Shown here: positions 11,035 to 22,640 of the stretch, one piece after another
Layout of the letters: each line of letters opens with the position of its first letter
Numbering within the stretch: the stretch's first letter is position 1
Assembly (NCBI GenBank): GCA_030264375.1
Contig: JASCQW010000027.1
Coordinates: forward strand, 84,205,363 to 84,269,362
Reading direction: 5' to 3'
Source of the DNA: Carcharhinus longimanus
Lineage: Eukaryota
DNA length: 64,000 bases
The notes under the pieces: model-generated
Seen by the model: the letters and a program-made list of their open reading frames with translations, nothing else
Database searches by the model: none
What the model was told of the DNA's origin: nothing
Translations under genes and position numbers: made by a program

Positions 11035-12300
11035 GGACTGGACTTTCAATCTGAGTAACAGAAATGCCAGTCTCCAACTACAGAGGGCCTAAACTTGATC
11101 CAGGGGTGAGTTCAGTGCCTGTTTACTGACACCATGAGCAGCCTGCAGGCAGGATACAGTTGCCACGGCTCTTTGAAATTGTGAAAGGCAGCCATGACTG
11201 GTTCAGCCATTCACCATTGCCATGGCATGACAGGGATCTCAAAGGGCCAGCGCTGGCACAGGCAGGCAGGCATTCACAGGTGGCACCAATGTTCTGCACT
11301 GCCTCCCATGAGACATTGGCAGGGAGGAGAAATATCTTGTTACAAGTGTCTGGAAGGAGACAGGCACCCAGAGACACAAAGAGGGCATGGATAGAGGGGG
11401 CAATGGAGGTCAGCAACTGCATATTTAGACATGGTCCAGAGCAGAAAGAGATTCAATTTCTAGGGTTTGAAAGTGCCAAATAGCACCCAGGCAGAAACCC
11501 CAGGCCTCTAGCTCTACACATAGAATTCTTCTTAACTCTGACAGGTCAAGTGGCCATTTGCATCACTGAGGTCATCCGAATATATGTGATGCAATTAGGG
11601 GGGGCATTCATTCCTCATTTGAATGTCATGCTGGAATTGGTGAGAGACGGCTCCCTTTGTCTTGCAGGAGAATGATCTGACAAGGTCACGGAGGATCCAG
11701 CTGACAGCAAGCACCTCCCCCATTGAAAGTCCCCAACCCACCGACCTCCATACTGACACCTCACTGCTCTCGTCTCCTTCCTGGCGACACCCAGTTACAC
11801 CTCCTCTGAGCCTCCAGAGCTGTGCCTGATCCCGGGTCTACTGGAGCACCAGCAGTGGCCAGGACTCCCAGTGACACTGCTGGGCCTCAAGCACTGCTGA
11901 CCACCCTATTGAGGCAGGGGATTCACCTATAAAAGTAAGGAAGACACGTAAATTGGCTGATTGACATTTGATACCATCACAACTCTCAAAACGTGTCATG
12001 ATGAGGTTGCCACAAGCTTTCTGGCCGGTTGACATGGCCAATGTAGCCATTGAGTTCAGTCCTGTGTCCCTGTGCCTCCCAGTATAATATTTTAAACAGT
12101 TGCTCAAAATCCTTTCAATGAGCTTAACAATGAGATTAATGAGCACTTAATTGAAAGCACTCCACCTCCCTCATCTTCCCTTGAAAAATCACATTGTTTT
12201 CTGGTGTCACTGGGGTTCAGTAATGTCTTCCAAAAACATGATTTACACTGCACCCACCCATTACATCAGAACTCTTCCCTGTGGGTAATCGAAAATCCAA
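11035..12300 (+). mobile_element. Harbinger remnant with Myb/SANT-like ORF fragment
   Basis: APMFCTASHETLAGRRNILLQVSGRRQAPRDTKRAWIEGAMEVS resembles the Harbinger Myb/SANT protein; termini ggactggactttt / gaaaatccaa. Confidence 0.65.
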
Positions 12301-12474
12301 AACCTTGCATTTGATAGTTATTCGCAACATCAGGAATCCAGGTGCTTCCAGCTTTCCTTATTAAAGGAGAATCGTTGATCAGGAAACTCCAAAGATTTCC
12401 TTGATCTTATGTTTGGATAAGCAGGCATTAGCTTCCAACGATACAACATTCTCTTAATGATTCAACAAAAATAT

Positions 12475-12601
12475 ACGCCAGAATTTTATCGTGTCGCCTG
12501 CCCATGGCTCCTAAGATTCTACCTGAGGCCAACGAAGAATGCCGTTCTGCGAGCCTCACCCACCCCGATTCTGGGACAGGTGAGGCAGCAAAATTCTGAC
12601 C
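12475..12601. mobile_element. Small Harbinger-type MITE
   Basis: gccagaatttt...cgcctgcc / ggtgaggcagcaaaattctgacc inverted termini. Confidence 0.55.
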
Positions 12602-13804
12602 ATAGTCTAGATTAAGAAGATATTGCAGCAAAACATGCAAGCTGAACAAACTTCAAATTGCAATGCTGTTTTCAATATTTCAAATGTGGAGGCAACTTGT
12701 AGAAAATCTGTTGATGTGTACTTTGCTGTAAAAAAAGCAAAGACTCCAAAAATTAATGCTTCAGGTTCCATAGATTTCAGAAAAAAATCTTTGTATGTTA
12801 ATTATTTATATAGACCCTTATCTTTTAAGCATAAGACCATACCTGGTCTATAGCCTGCTGCATAAAGCATATTATTACATGGCATTACAAGGTAATCTTT
12901 TAATCTCATATCTAATCTTTGTTAGTGGCTTTCCATATTATCAGTAAATTGGATGCAATGATTGTATCTGATAGCAATAGAACCGATTACTTAAAAAGTT
13001 CAGACAAAAGATGAGAAAGGTCTGATTTGAGTTTGACAGCAATGACCTTGTCCTCCTTCTGGATTGGCCCAAGACTTCAACTAGTGTTAATATAATTTAT
13101 CCAAAGTACACTAAATTAATGCTGTGCATCCCTAATCTGTTTGGCTTCGCGATTTCGTTCTCAGAGCTCCTAATCATTTCATTATCTTTAATGATACATC
13201 AGCATTCAATGGGCTGCTGATGTTTTCCTAGAATATATGCCCCATCCTTCTGCTTCGATTCATAGTTTCTGTTAAAAAAAACTTTCACTATTTTATGGAA
13301 AACAGTTGATGAGGAAGATTGACTTTTCAACACAATTGACTATATTTTGACATTGATATTACAGTTGTGTTCCATAGATTAATTGGAAGTGATGCTTTAC
13401 TGATGAAATTACCACAAATGTTATGGTTATTTTCATTGTAATCACAGCTTTAGTGTGAGATAGTGACACCATGTCAAATAAATGACATGACACCATGGTA
13501 AATAAATAATGCCTGGAAGCCCCTAGATCCCTGATGCAGCGAGTAAATGTGGCAGGATGGGATTTCTGCCCAATGGAATTGGAGGAAGATGACCCTGTCT
13601 GAAACCTCATGTGAAATCATTTTAAATAAGGGAAGCAGAACAAGAGAGTTATCGTAGTCAATGAATTATTTTTAGCATGTGCTCACTATCTTGAGGACAA
13701 ATGCAGCAGCCCATTTGCTCAGATGAAGATCCACAAACAGGAAGCAATAGGAACAACTAGTTACAATCTCTATTTTTAAATGGCATAGCTTGAGGAAGGA
13801 ATAC

Positions 13805-13992
13805 TTGCTCCATCATCAGAAGTGAAATAACATCAAGTGAGCATGGATTCAATAAAGGAGAGGGTGGATTTGGATTTTCACGGAGATTTTCCGATTCTGC
13901 AGACCTTGTGGATTGTGGTTTTAGGTAAATAGATGAGTGATGTACACACAGATTCAGGCTGACGTCAACATATTTAGTGAAAGAAATGTTGC
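13805..13992 (-). pseudogene. Candidate exon of unidentified host gene
   Basis: Acceptor tttgtcatctgtgcag|, open frame NISFTKYVDV...SLLMMEQ, donor |gtattc; non-repetitive sequence. Confidence 0.3.
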
Positions 13993-14505
13993 CTGCACAG
14001 ATGACAAACTGAAAATAAAAGCTGGGCAACACTCAAATGACATCACCATCAAATCATGTGACTAGCTCTTAAAGCAATCATGCAACTACTTAAATAAATA
14101 TATAACAGTTCATAATTCATACAGGCAAGAAACCTATGCTTACTGGGATCATTTGAATTCAGCGCTAAATTCAAACAGACCTTATCTTGGCTGGTCTAAC
14201 CAACAGTTTGGGAGCCAGGAATGGAAGGAGCAGATGCAAATGCTTTTTAAAAGTGGATAAAGGTCTGTTTAAGTATAATGATCCGAAGTTCGCACATTCC
14301 CAGCTCTTGAAGCTTTAAGTAATGTCGCTGCAGGGGGATTCGAGTTCATCATTTGACCATTTTAAAGAGGCTATTCAAAGATTAGCTATCACTGATCTGC
14401 AGTCTAAATAGAAGTTTGTCTGATTTTAGAACAGATTAGCCATTTGGATTTCTAAAAAATGATTGGGTGTCAATAATGGGAGGTTTTTGTTGATCAACTA
14501 TAAGT

Positions 14506-14982
14506 AGAGCTAGAATTTCAGAAGTTTTTTTTCATTTCAACAAGACTCCTGAGGCTTGCCCATGGTGGACACTGGGTGAGTAGCTTATGGACATGACATC
14601 AAGGAAATGAGAGGGAATGGGGTGTCAATGAGGAACATGAGTTGGCGTGGGAGTGGCAAGGAGGCATGAGGGAGTATGGAGTGGTGGAGCAAGAGTTGGC
14701 ATAGTGGTGACATGGGAAATAGCTGGGAGGTAAGGAGGTGTTATGGATAAGAGCTAGAGGGCCTAACAACTTAAAACAACTGAGACAAAATCCCAGAGAA
14801 CTGAATGAACTTTTTAACTAGTCTACTTGGGCACATGTGCAACCCTGTGTACAGTGGGTTGGTGGGCCCAACAGCCTGGAACAAATATTGGATCTAACGG
14901 GACACTTTACACCAAGACAGGTCTATCGAGTTGGAAAATTCTCCACCTTGAGCTACCCACCTCAATAGTGAAAATCTGACCT
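14506..14982. mobile_element. Harbinger-derived non-autonomous remnant
   Basis: gagctagaattt ... gtgaaaatctgacc termini. Confidence 0.35.
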
Positions 14983-15044
14983 TTGGTTTTTGTGCTTGAA
15001 TCTTACATTATATTCAATTCCCTGCACTTCTTTAAATTGCAGCA

Positions 15045-15180
15045 TAGGATCTTTTCACAAAATCTTTTACATTTATCTGAACAAGAAAACAGAGCCTCAG
15101 TTTAACATCTCAATTTCAAGGCAGCACAACTGGCAGTAAAGAAATAAAGGAGTAAAACATTCCCTCAATACTCCACCGAT
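15045..15180 (-). mobile_element. SacSINE1/Deu-domain SINE fragment
   Basis: gagcctcagtttaacatctcaatttcaaggcagcac...cattccctcaatactccac resembles the Deu domain. Confidence 0.55.
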
Positions 15181-15194
15181 GCCATGCAGTCTTG

Positions 15195-15370
15195 GGCGGG
15201 GGAGGGGGGGTGGCGGCGAAGGGTGGGAAGGCAAGGGGAGGGGGGAAGGCACGGGTGGAGTGGCAAAACTGGGGGGGGATGGTATGGGTGGGGGGCAAGG
15301 CAAGGGTAGGGGTGGAAGACAAAGGGAGGGGGAAGGTGGGGAGAGGCAAGGGGAGGGAGGAGGGGGGAGT
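15195..15370 (+). repeat. G-rich low-complexity tract
   Basis: Many GGG to G7 runs with short spacers. Confidence 0.85.
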
Positions 15371-16413
15371 GATTAGCCAGTCAATGAAGGGGGTCGCACA
15401 GTTGTGGGAGGGCACTGGCTTGTTTGTGGGAAGGGTCCGATAGTGGGGTGGAGTTTGACCAGTTTGCGGGAGGACATCCAGGGATCGACAGTTGTAGAAG
15501 AGATAGTTGAGCAGATGGCTGGGGGAGGGTCAGGGCACGTTGGTTCGGGCCTGGGGATTTGTTGCAGATTGGGGATGTCTTGGGTGGTGGAGAGTGAGGG
15601 AAGTGGAGTGTTAATTTTTTATGGTTACTATTTGCTTTCTCCCAGCTCACCTCCAGCCTCATATTACTTCCACTGCCCCTGCTTTCCTTTACTTTCCATG
15701 TCCTTTCCTTCACAGCATTCAGCAGTATGTGACTTTTATAATAAATCCTTTATGCAACAAGGCAACAAATAATGTATAATGGAATTTAATTTCTGACATT
15801 AAACAAGAATTATTTCNNNNNNNNNNTAACTCGAGCATCGATCACTTTACATTTAGCATTTATTACACATGAATTCAGTGCTCTTTCTGATGGTATCATT
15901 TATACAAATTGTCATCAGTCATTCTCATCGCATTCTTCTATGCAATGGTGCATAACAAGTAGTCACAGCACACTTCCTCCATATGTCTGCCTCATTGTTA
16001 TCTCCACTATCTTTTTTTAACTGCACTGCAGGAAAAAAAGGGTACTTAAAACCAGGGCATTGCTACACACCACACTTACAAAAGGAGAATAAGTGTAGGA
16101 GTGCCCTTGATGAAAACATAAACAGCGTAAAGAATAAATTGTAATCAATTTATATATTATTTTCAGACAAGGCAATAATATCAAAAAACAGTTGCTGCAA
16201 CAGACTATCTCATGTATGTATATAAAATATACATAATCCTGTCGAATATAATTCTGCACATCGACACTGCTAATTGCATAAAAGAATGCAAATCATGTGT
16301 AGCCTACCACAACTCGCAATTCCTGATCGAATGTTAATTGTTCCCTGAAGTGCTTAGATCTGCTTAATCATTATCTGGTTCCAAACTGTTAAGGGAGTTC
16401 TGAGAAGTCTTAC

Positions 16414-16614
16414 AATTTGCTTCTGGAATCTTGGAGAAACGTAGTGCTCCCTGGTGCTCACACCAGTACGAAAGATTAGAGTTTGTGTCAGAGCAAAGTT
16501 AATTTTCCACCCATTTACATTTCAAAGAATACTCCAGGGCACTGATATAAAAATCAAACTGTGTCTCTGTTCTAAAACCACAAGAACAGGTTTTCCAAAC
16601 TATTTCACGTCTTG
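16414..16614 (-). pseudogene. Candidate phase-1 symmetric exon (201 bp) with one premature TAA
   Basis: Acceptor ctcttttttttgtcag|, RREIVWKTCSCGFRTETQFDFYISALEYSLKCKWVEN*LCSDTNSNLSYWCEHQGALRFSKIPEAN, donor |gtaaga. Confidence 0.3.
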
Positions 16615-16727
16615 CTGACAAAAAAAAGAGGTTTTTCTTCACAATTTTGTGTGTGTTCATTCTTACTGTATTTTTAAAATTCATTCTCAGGGTGTAGACA
16701 TTGTTGGCAGGACAACAATTTATTGCC

Positions 16728-16912
16728 TGTGGAGAGACAATAGAGCCAACATTTCAAATCTGGATGACCCTTCATCAGAGCTTTGATGAAGGGTCATTCG
16801 TACTCAGAACGTTAGCTCTATTCTGTCTCCACAAATGCTACCAGACCTGCTGAGATTTTCCAGCATTTTTCTGCTTTTATTTCAGATTCCAGCATCTGCA
16901 GTATTTTGCCTT
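16728..16912 (+). mobile_element. Palindromic Penelope-derived element with hammerhead cores
   Basis: Inverted repeat centred on cccttcatcagagctttgatgaaggg; minus strand reads GCT-CTGATGA...GAAATGTTGGC; approximate TSD aatttattgcc/aatttatgcc. Confidence 0.75.
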
Positions 16913-17504
16913 AATTTATGCCCGTCTCTACTTGCTCTTGAGAAGCTGATATGAACATCAGAATGACCTGCTGCATTCCTGTGGTAAAAGTATTCCCGCA
17001 CTTCTGATTGCTTCAGGAGTCTCAGGATTTTGATCCAGCAACAATGAAGACAAGGTGATTTATTTTCAAGTCAGAATGGGAGTATGTGACTTGGAGGGGA
17101 ATTTGGGAGGTAATGGTGTTCCCCTGAAACTGCTGCTTCTGCTCATCCAAGTGGTGGAGATCACAGGCCTAGGTGTTTTTGAGAAATCCCTGATTCAGGG
17201 CATCCTTTCGATGGTACACTTTCTAGCCAAAGTGTATGGATGAAGGATCAAAAGTATGTTTAAGCAGTGGATTGGTTATCCATCAACCAGTTTACATCCT
17301 CCTTAATGCTGTCAGGCTCAGTGTGTGTTGTTGCACTCATCCAGGCAAGTAGAGTATACTCCACCACTAACTTGTGCCTTGCCGGTGGTGCAGAGGTTTT
17401 GGAGAGTCAGAAAATGAGACACTCGCTATAGAATTCCCAACCCCTGACCAGCTTTATCAACCATTGCATTTATTTGGCTGTTCTGGCTCTGGTTAGAATG
17501 GAAA

Positions 17505-17838
17505 TGTGAATGGAAAGTTGTTTCAAGTGGTATTCCACACAGTGCTTGGTGTTGGATGTTAATGTTTATGTTAGTTATTAACAATTTGGATGTGGACGTG
17601 AATATGGGGAGCACAATTAGGAAATTTGCAGATGACACAAACATTGGCTGAGTCGTGGATAATGTAGAGGATAGCTATCATCTCCAAAATGATATAGTTG
17701 GGTTGATGGACTGGATGGTAAAGTGGCAGAGGGGTTCCAACACAGAAGTGTCAGGTCATGGGATTAGAAAAGGCACCTGAGTGTCCTACTGCTGGCATGG
17801 ACACAATGGGCCGAATGTACCTTTTCTATGGTTCTATA
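17505..17838 (+). mobile_element. CR1 LINE fragment
   Basis: agtggtattccacac, aggaaatttgcagatgacac (RKFADDT), tail atgggccgaatg...ttctatggttctat. Confidence 0.75.
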
Positions 17839-18109
17839 GTAGTGAGCCCTCCAGGAGGATGACGAATGTGAGAGGTTTGGTGGCTAAAATCACTGATTAG
17901 AGGTGATCTGACTCTCTCTTGTTTAAGGTCATCATTGGCAGCTTAGTGGTGCAAACGTTACTTGCTATTTATCAATTACTGTTACAACCCCTCTGTACCG
18001 GCTGTGTGAACTTGCTTCTGTTGCCTTCACTGCATATGATCGCCAGAGGCAACTTACCAGCTTGGTTCAAAAATGCTCTTGCAGTCAGTAACACTGCTTC
18101 AGGATGAAA

Positions 18110-18380
18110 GGTCCCCCTCACATGGATATAAAAGCTCCAGTGTCACTATTTGAAGAGTGCAACACAATGTCCTGGATGACATTTATTCCTCAACAAATGC
18201 TACTGATGAAAAGCAGATAATCTGGCCATCCATGAGTTTGCTGTTTTTGGAACCTTGCAGTGCACAAATTAGTTTCTGCCTTTCCTGCCTTACAACAACG
18301 AAGACTTCATTGGTTGTGAAGCGCTGTGGGAGGATCTGAGGTCGTGACCGGCACTATGGTTGCAATTCTTTTCTTCTTTC
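18110..18380 (+). mobile_element. SacSINE1/Deu-type SINE 3' part
   Basis: acttcattggttgtgaagcgctgtgggaggatctgaggtcgtga...ttgcaattctttt. Confidence 0.6.
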
Positions 18381-18589
18381 CTAAAATCATTGGAAGTGTC
18401 TCAATGCACTTTTCATAATTTAATTGTGAGAAAGAAGTATTCTTTTCTTTATGTAATTGCATAAAACTAAGCAGCTTACTGATAAAGACATTATGAATTG
18501 ACAAACTAACTCGAGACTATTATTTGATATTTTTAAATATCTAATTTGAGTATTTCCCTTTTATTCTTACGTCATATTTCTCTCTTTTT

Positions 18590-18870
18590 AAAATTTATTT
18601 ATTAGTCACAAGTAGGCTTAGATTAACACTGCAATGAAGTTACTGTGAAAATCCCTTTAGTCGCCACAATCTAACACCTGTTTGGATAGATTGAGGGAGA
18701 ATTTAGCATGGCCAATGCACCTAACCAGCATGTCTTTCGGACTGTTGGAGGAAACCCAAATAGACAAGGGGAGAACATGCAGACTCCAAACGGACAGTGA
18801 CCCAAGCTGGAAATCAAACCCGGGTCCCTGATGCTGTGAGGCAACAGTGGTAACCACTGCCATTGTGCCG
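18590..18870 (-). mobile_element. HE1-like V-SINE with alternative (non-CR1) 3' tail
   Basis: V-domain present; tail reads gattttcacagtaacttcattgcagtgttaat...gtgactaataaa. Confidence 0.85.
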
Positions 18871-19764
18871 CTTTGTTTCTTTGTATTCAATTTTTCCCTA
18901 TTCTTTGAGTCTTGAAATAAGTAATTACTTTGTTTAGTAGAAGACTGGAGACTGTGGATGCTGTCAGTGGGAGCTTGTTACCCATTAACATTCACCCTAA
19001 TCCATGTCGTGACACTGGTACATCACTTGCATACAGCCAAGTTGCCTTCTTCAGTGTTATCCCTTCATCTTCCAATAGCATGAATCATACTGTTCTTTAG
19101 CTAGGCACATCCCCTTGAGCTCTTAGCATGTCACTAATAACAATCACAGCTCGGGTGGATGTGTTACATGGAATATAAAGATAAAGGGCGTGATGTTAAG
19201 GTACTGAATTACAACAAACTTCAAGCTCAAACTTAGTGTTGAAGGACTGGATTTTGACCATTGTGAAGCCAAACAAAATATGATTTATGATACCATGAGA
19301 TAGGTGCAATTGGTAAATCATTAACCATTATGAGGTTACCAGGTATCTGACACTATTACCATTCAGGTGCCAAAAATATAGATATATCACTAAAGAACTG
19401 GGTCATCCAGTGAATGGAGGTGCTCACCATTACATGGGAATCAGTGCCAAAGAGCACAGACAAAAATATCCAATGCTAAAATTTGCTTCCAATTGGAATA
19501 TTCATCAGCATTTCCCCAAGGAGGAAGAGAAACAGGATCCATGGGAACACACACCATAAGAAATCCATATCAGTCTATTAGAAAGGTGAAAGCACACATT
19601 GAAAGAACTTGAATTTATATAGTGCCTATTGTGACCTCTGAATATCCCTATGCACTTTTACTTCTTTTAAATATCATCACTGTAAACTTGAGGCACTGCG
19701 AACATTTCTGGTCTTTCATATTATAAAAAGTATATATAGACACACAGTGGAAAGTGTAAAAGAA

Positions 19765-20250
19765 CAAAATTACTAATGTTGTACCAGAACTGTGAGGTTA
19801 AACTTATGAGGGAAAATTGAACAAACTTAGACTAATTTCTCTCGAAAAGCGAAGACTGAGAGCTGACTTGATAAAAGTCTTTGAAATTATTGAAAGGTTT
19901 TTATAGATGTAGCGAAAACATTTCCACTTACAGGGAGAGCAGAACTTGGAGTCATAAGTATGAGATAGTGACCAATAAATCCAACAGGGAATTCAGAAGA
20001 ATCTTCTTTCCCAGAGTTTGGACAGAGTGTAGAGATTGTTAGCATATAGAATTGTTGAATCAATTAATAGAAAAATATTTAAGGGTAAGTTAGATAAACA
20101 CGAGGGAAAAAAACAGGGATATGTTAATGGAGATGAAGAAGGATGAGGTTAGATGAAGAAGGATGGGACGAAACTCACGTAGAGCATAAACAACAGTATG
20201 GACTTGCTGTATCAAATGATTCAATTCTGTGCTATAAGTACTGTGTAACC
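19765..20250 (+). mobile_element. CR1 LINE 3' fragment
   Basis: gaagactgagagctgacttgataaaagtc; gagcataaacaacagtatggac. Confidence 0.8.
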
Positions 20251-20934
20251 ATGTGATCATTTTAGCTTAGGATATTCAGCAGCCAATCTGCGCACAACAA
20301 GATCACACATTGCCCTTATCCAAGGAGGATAAGGTCTGGGAAGTTCTGCGTTGTTGCTCTCACTGGGAATGCAGATTGGAGAACCAGGCACAGACATCAA
20401 AGTACCCAATCCACACCCTCCAGTTTTACGGGAAATTACTGTAGCAAAGCTACAGTACTAGATACATGAGTGATCATGTAGAGAAATGAAAGTGACATGA
20501 GCTGGGTGCATTGACAGCCCACACCTTCCCCACCGCCCCCCCCATAGGAAATTCTCCCACTACATTTCCATTGTGTAAGACTTGTTATTTTAAATTTTCC
20601 ATTTAAAAAATAGAAATTTCAGCAGGATAAAGAAAGAACTAAGAGAAGTTAGCTGTGAAATATACACTAAAACATATCACATCTGGTGGGAAATGCATTG
20701 GAACATAATAACATTAAACAGCTTGATGTCTATAAATCCAAATAAAAACCCAACAGAGGTGAAGATAAGGTGTTGGNNNNNNNNNNNNNNNNNNNNNNNN
20801 NNNNNNNNNNNNNNNNNNNNNNNNNNNNNNNNNNNNNNNNNNNNNNNNNNNNNNNNNNNNNNNNNNNNNNNNNNNNGGGTTGGGGGGGGGGGGAGGCGAT
20901 CTTACAAAAAAGATCAAAGTCCAGGACAAGCGTG

Positions 20935-21911
20935 AAAATAAGAGAAAGTTTCTGATCTGCTTTTTGGGCAAGAGCAAATAAAACCTCAAAATGTGTTTCT
21001 CACTTACAAGGGGAGGCTCAGGTCTTAAATTGCCCAAATACTGGCTGAGAGCATCAGAAGGCACCATTGTGCATGCACAGGTCCCTCTGCTCTGAGAACT
21101 GAGATTCTTGTCACCCAGTCTCTGCCTCTCTCAGCCAGCAGCCATGGAATAAATCAGGTACCCCACCTCCCAATCCCCGGCACTGCAGGAGCCCACGGCT
21201 TATCGCGAACGTCCACCCCCAGCCAGACCAATCGACATCTGCGATTCCCCCCCCCAACCCAGTCCGATTCACCACTCTTCCTCCCACTGATCGCAGTGCA
21301 GAATGGCAGTGTCCCTCTCACACACACAATCTCAAATGCAGAATGGCAGCGGACCCCCTCTCCCTCCGCCCCATCGATCACATTGCAGAGTGCACAGCAG
21401 TTGTTCTCCATCCACCACCAATTGGCCTGCCCTGCTCTGGCCTCATCCCTCAGTAGGTTCCACCTCAGACCTCATCCCTTAACACTGCTCTGTGCCTGGG
21501 TGGGCAGCGCCAGGGTGTCTGGTGGACAGTGCCAGGCTGGCACTTCCCAAGGAACATTTGCCCCTTGGTCCCTACAATAGCCTCAGGTTCTACTAGTGAG
21601 ACCATCACATCTGGTTAATTGGGACCATACATGATTCTCGCCAAAGAGATCTTTCTCTGGCAAGGCCACAGAGATAAAATCAGCTCAGGCGATTGAATCC
21701 TGGGCTTGCTAACCACATGTACAATATATTAAAAAGAGATTTAAATAATTTATTCAGCCTTGTACTGGAAATGGGCCTCACCAGATATCCAGTGCCTGTA
21801 AGAACATGAGGGGCAAGAAATCAGGCATCAACCTGATTACTCAGCTCTCGTGCGATCTTACTGGCTCAACCAATCCGTTGGCTGGTGGGCTGCAATGGTA
21901 AGATGATCCCC
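20935..21911. mobile_element. Harbinger-type non-autonomous element
   Basis: Interior resembles 38413-39568 (gcatgcacag, C-rich tract, ggcagtgcc repeats); ends ggtaagatgatcccc. Confidence 0.5.
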
Positions 21912-22049
21912 ATGATGCCAAAACTGTTTTATTGTGGACTCAAAGACAGATGCAAGAATGCTAAAATTCAAATGAAGCAACATTTTACATTCCATGTCCT
22001 TATAGATAAAGCCTATTATTAACTGCTCACTCAGATTGTCCTGCCACCT

Positions 22050-22640
22050 TCAACGGCATATGTACATGTAGACCTGGGTCCTTATGGTCCTGCACCCCTT
22101 TACAGTTATAGACCTGTGTTCTTTTCATTAAAATGATTCACTTCACACTTCTCTCTATTGAACGCCATCTGCCATTCGACCAATTTGTCCATGTCCTTTA
22201 CAAGTTCTACACTATCCTCCTCACAGTTCACAGTGCTTCTGAGTTTTGCATCATCTGCAAACACTCACCAAGATGTAGATCATTAATATACATTAGGGAA
22301 AGCAGGTCCTAATATTTACTGTTGTGGAACTGCACCGCAAATATTCTTCCTATCCAAAAAACATTCTTGAGCCACTCTGTTTCCTGACACTCAGTCTATT
22401 CTGTATCCATGTTACTATTGTCCCTTTTCTTCTTTGAGCTATAACTTTGATTGCCAGTCTGTTGTGCAGCACTAAATCAAATGCCTTCTGAAGTCCATGT
22501 ACACCACATCCACAGCATTACCATCATCAACCCTCTCTGTTACATCTTGCAAAAACTTCTGCAAGTTAATTGGACATAATTTTCCCTGAGGAATTTCATG
22601 CTGGCTTTCCTTAATTAACACACATTCATCCACGTGAATG
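22050..22640 (-). mobile_element. CR1 LINE RT fragment
   Basis: tttgcatcatctgcaaa (FADDAK on minus), aatgccttctgaagtccatgtacaccacatc (DVVYMDF..AF). Confidence 0.8.

Larger units (their letters stand above)
16675..17975 (-). mobile_element. Old LINE family 2 (CR1/L2 group) 3' region, interrupted by Penelope and CR1 pieces
   Basis: Reverse complement of the family at 26445-27038 and 60250-61150. Confidence 0.65.

Noticed and set aside
15097-15443. Pro-rich and Gly-rich ORFs
   Set aside because: Low-complexity G/C tract that lacks stop codons by composition
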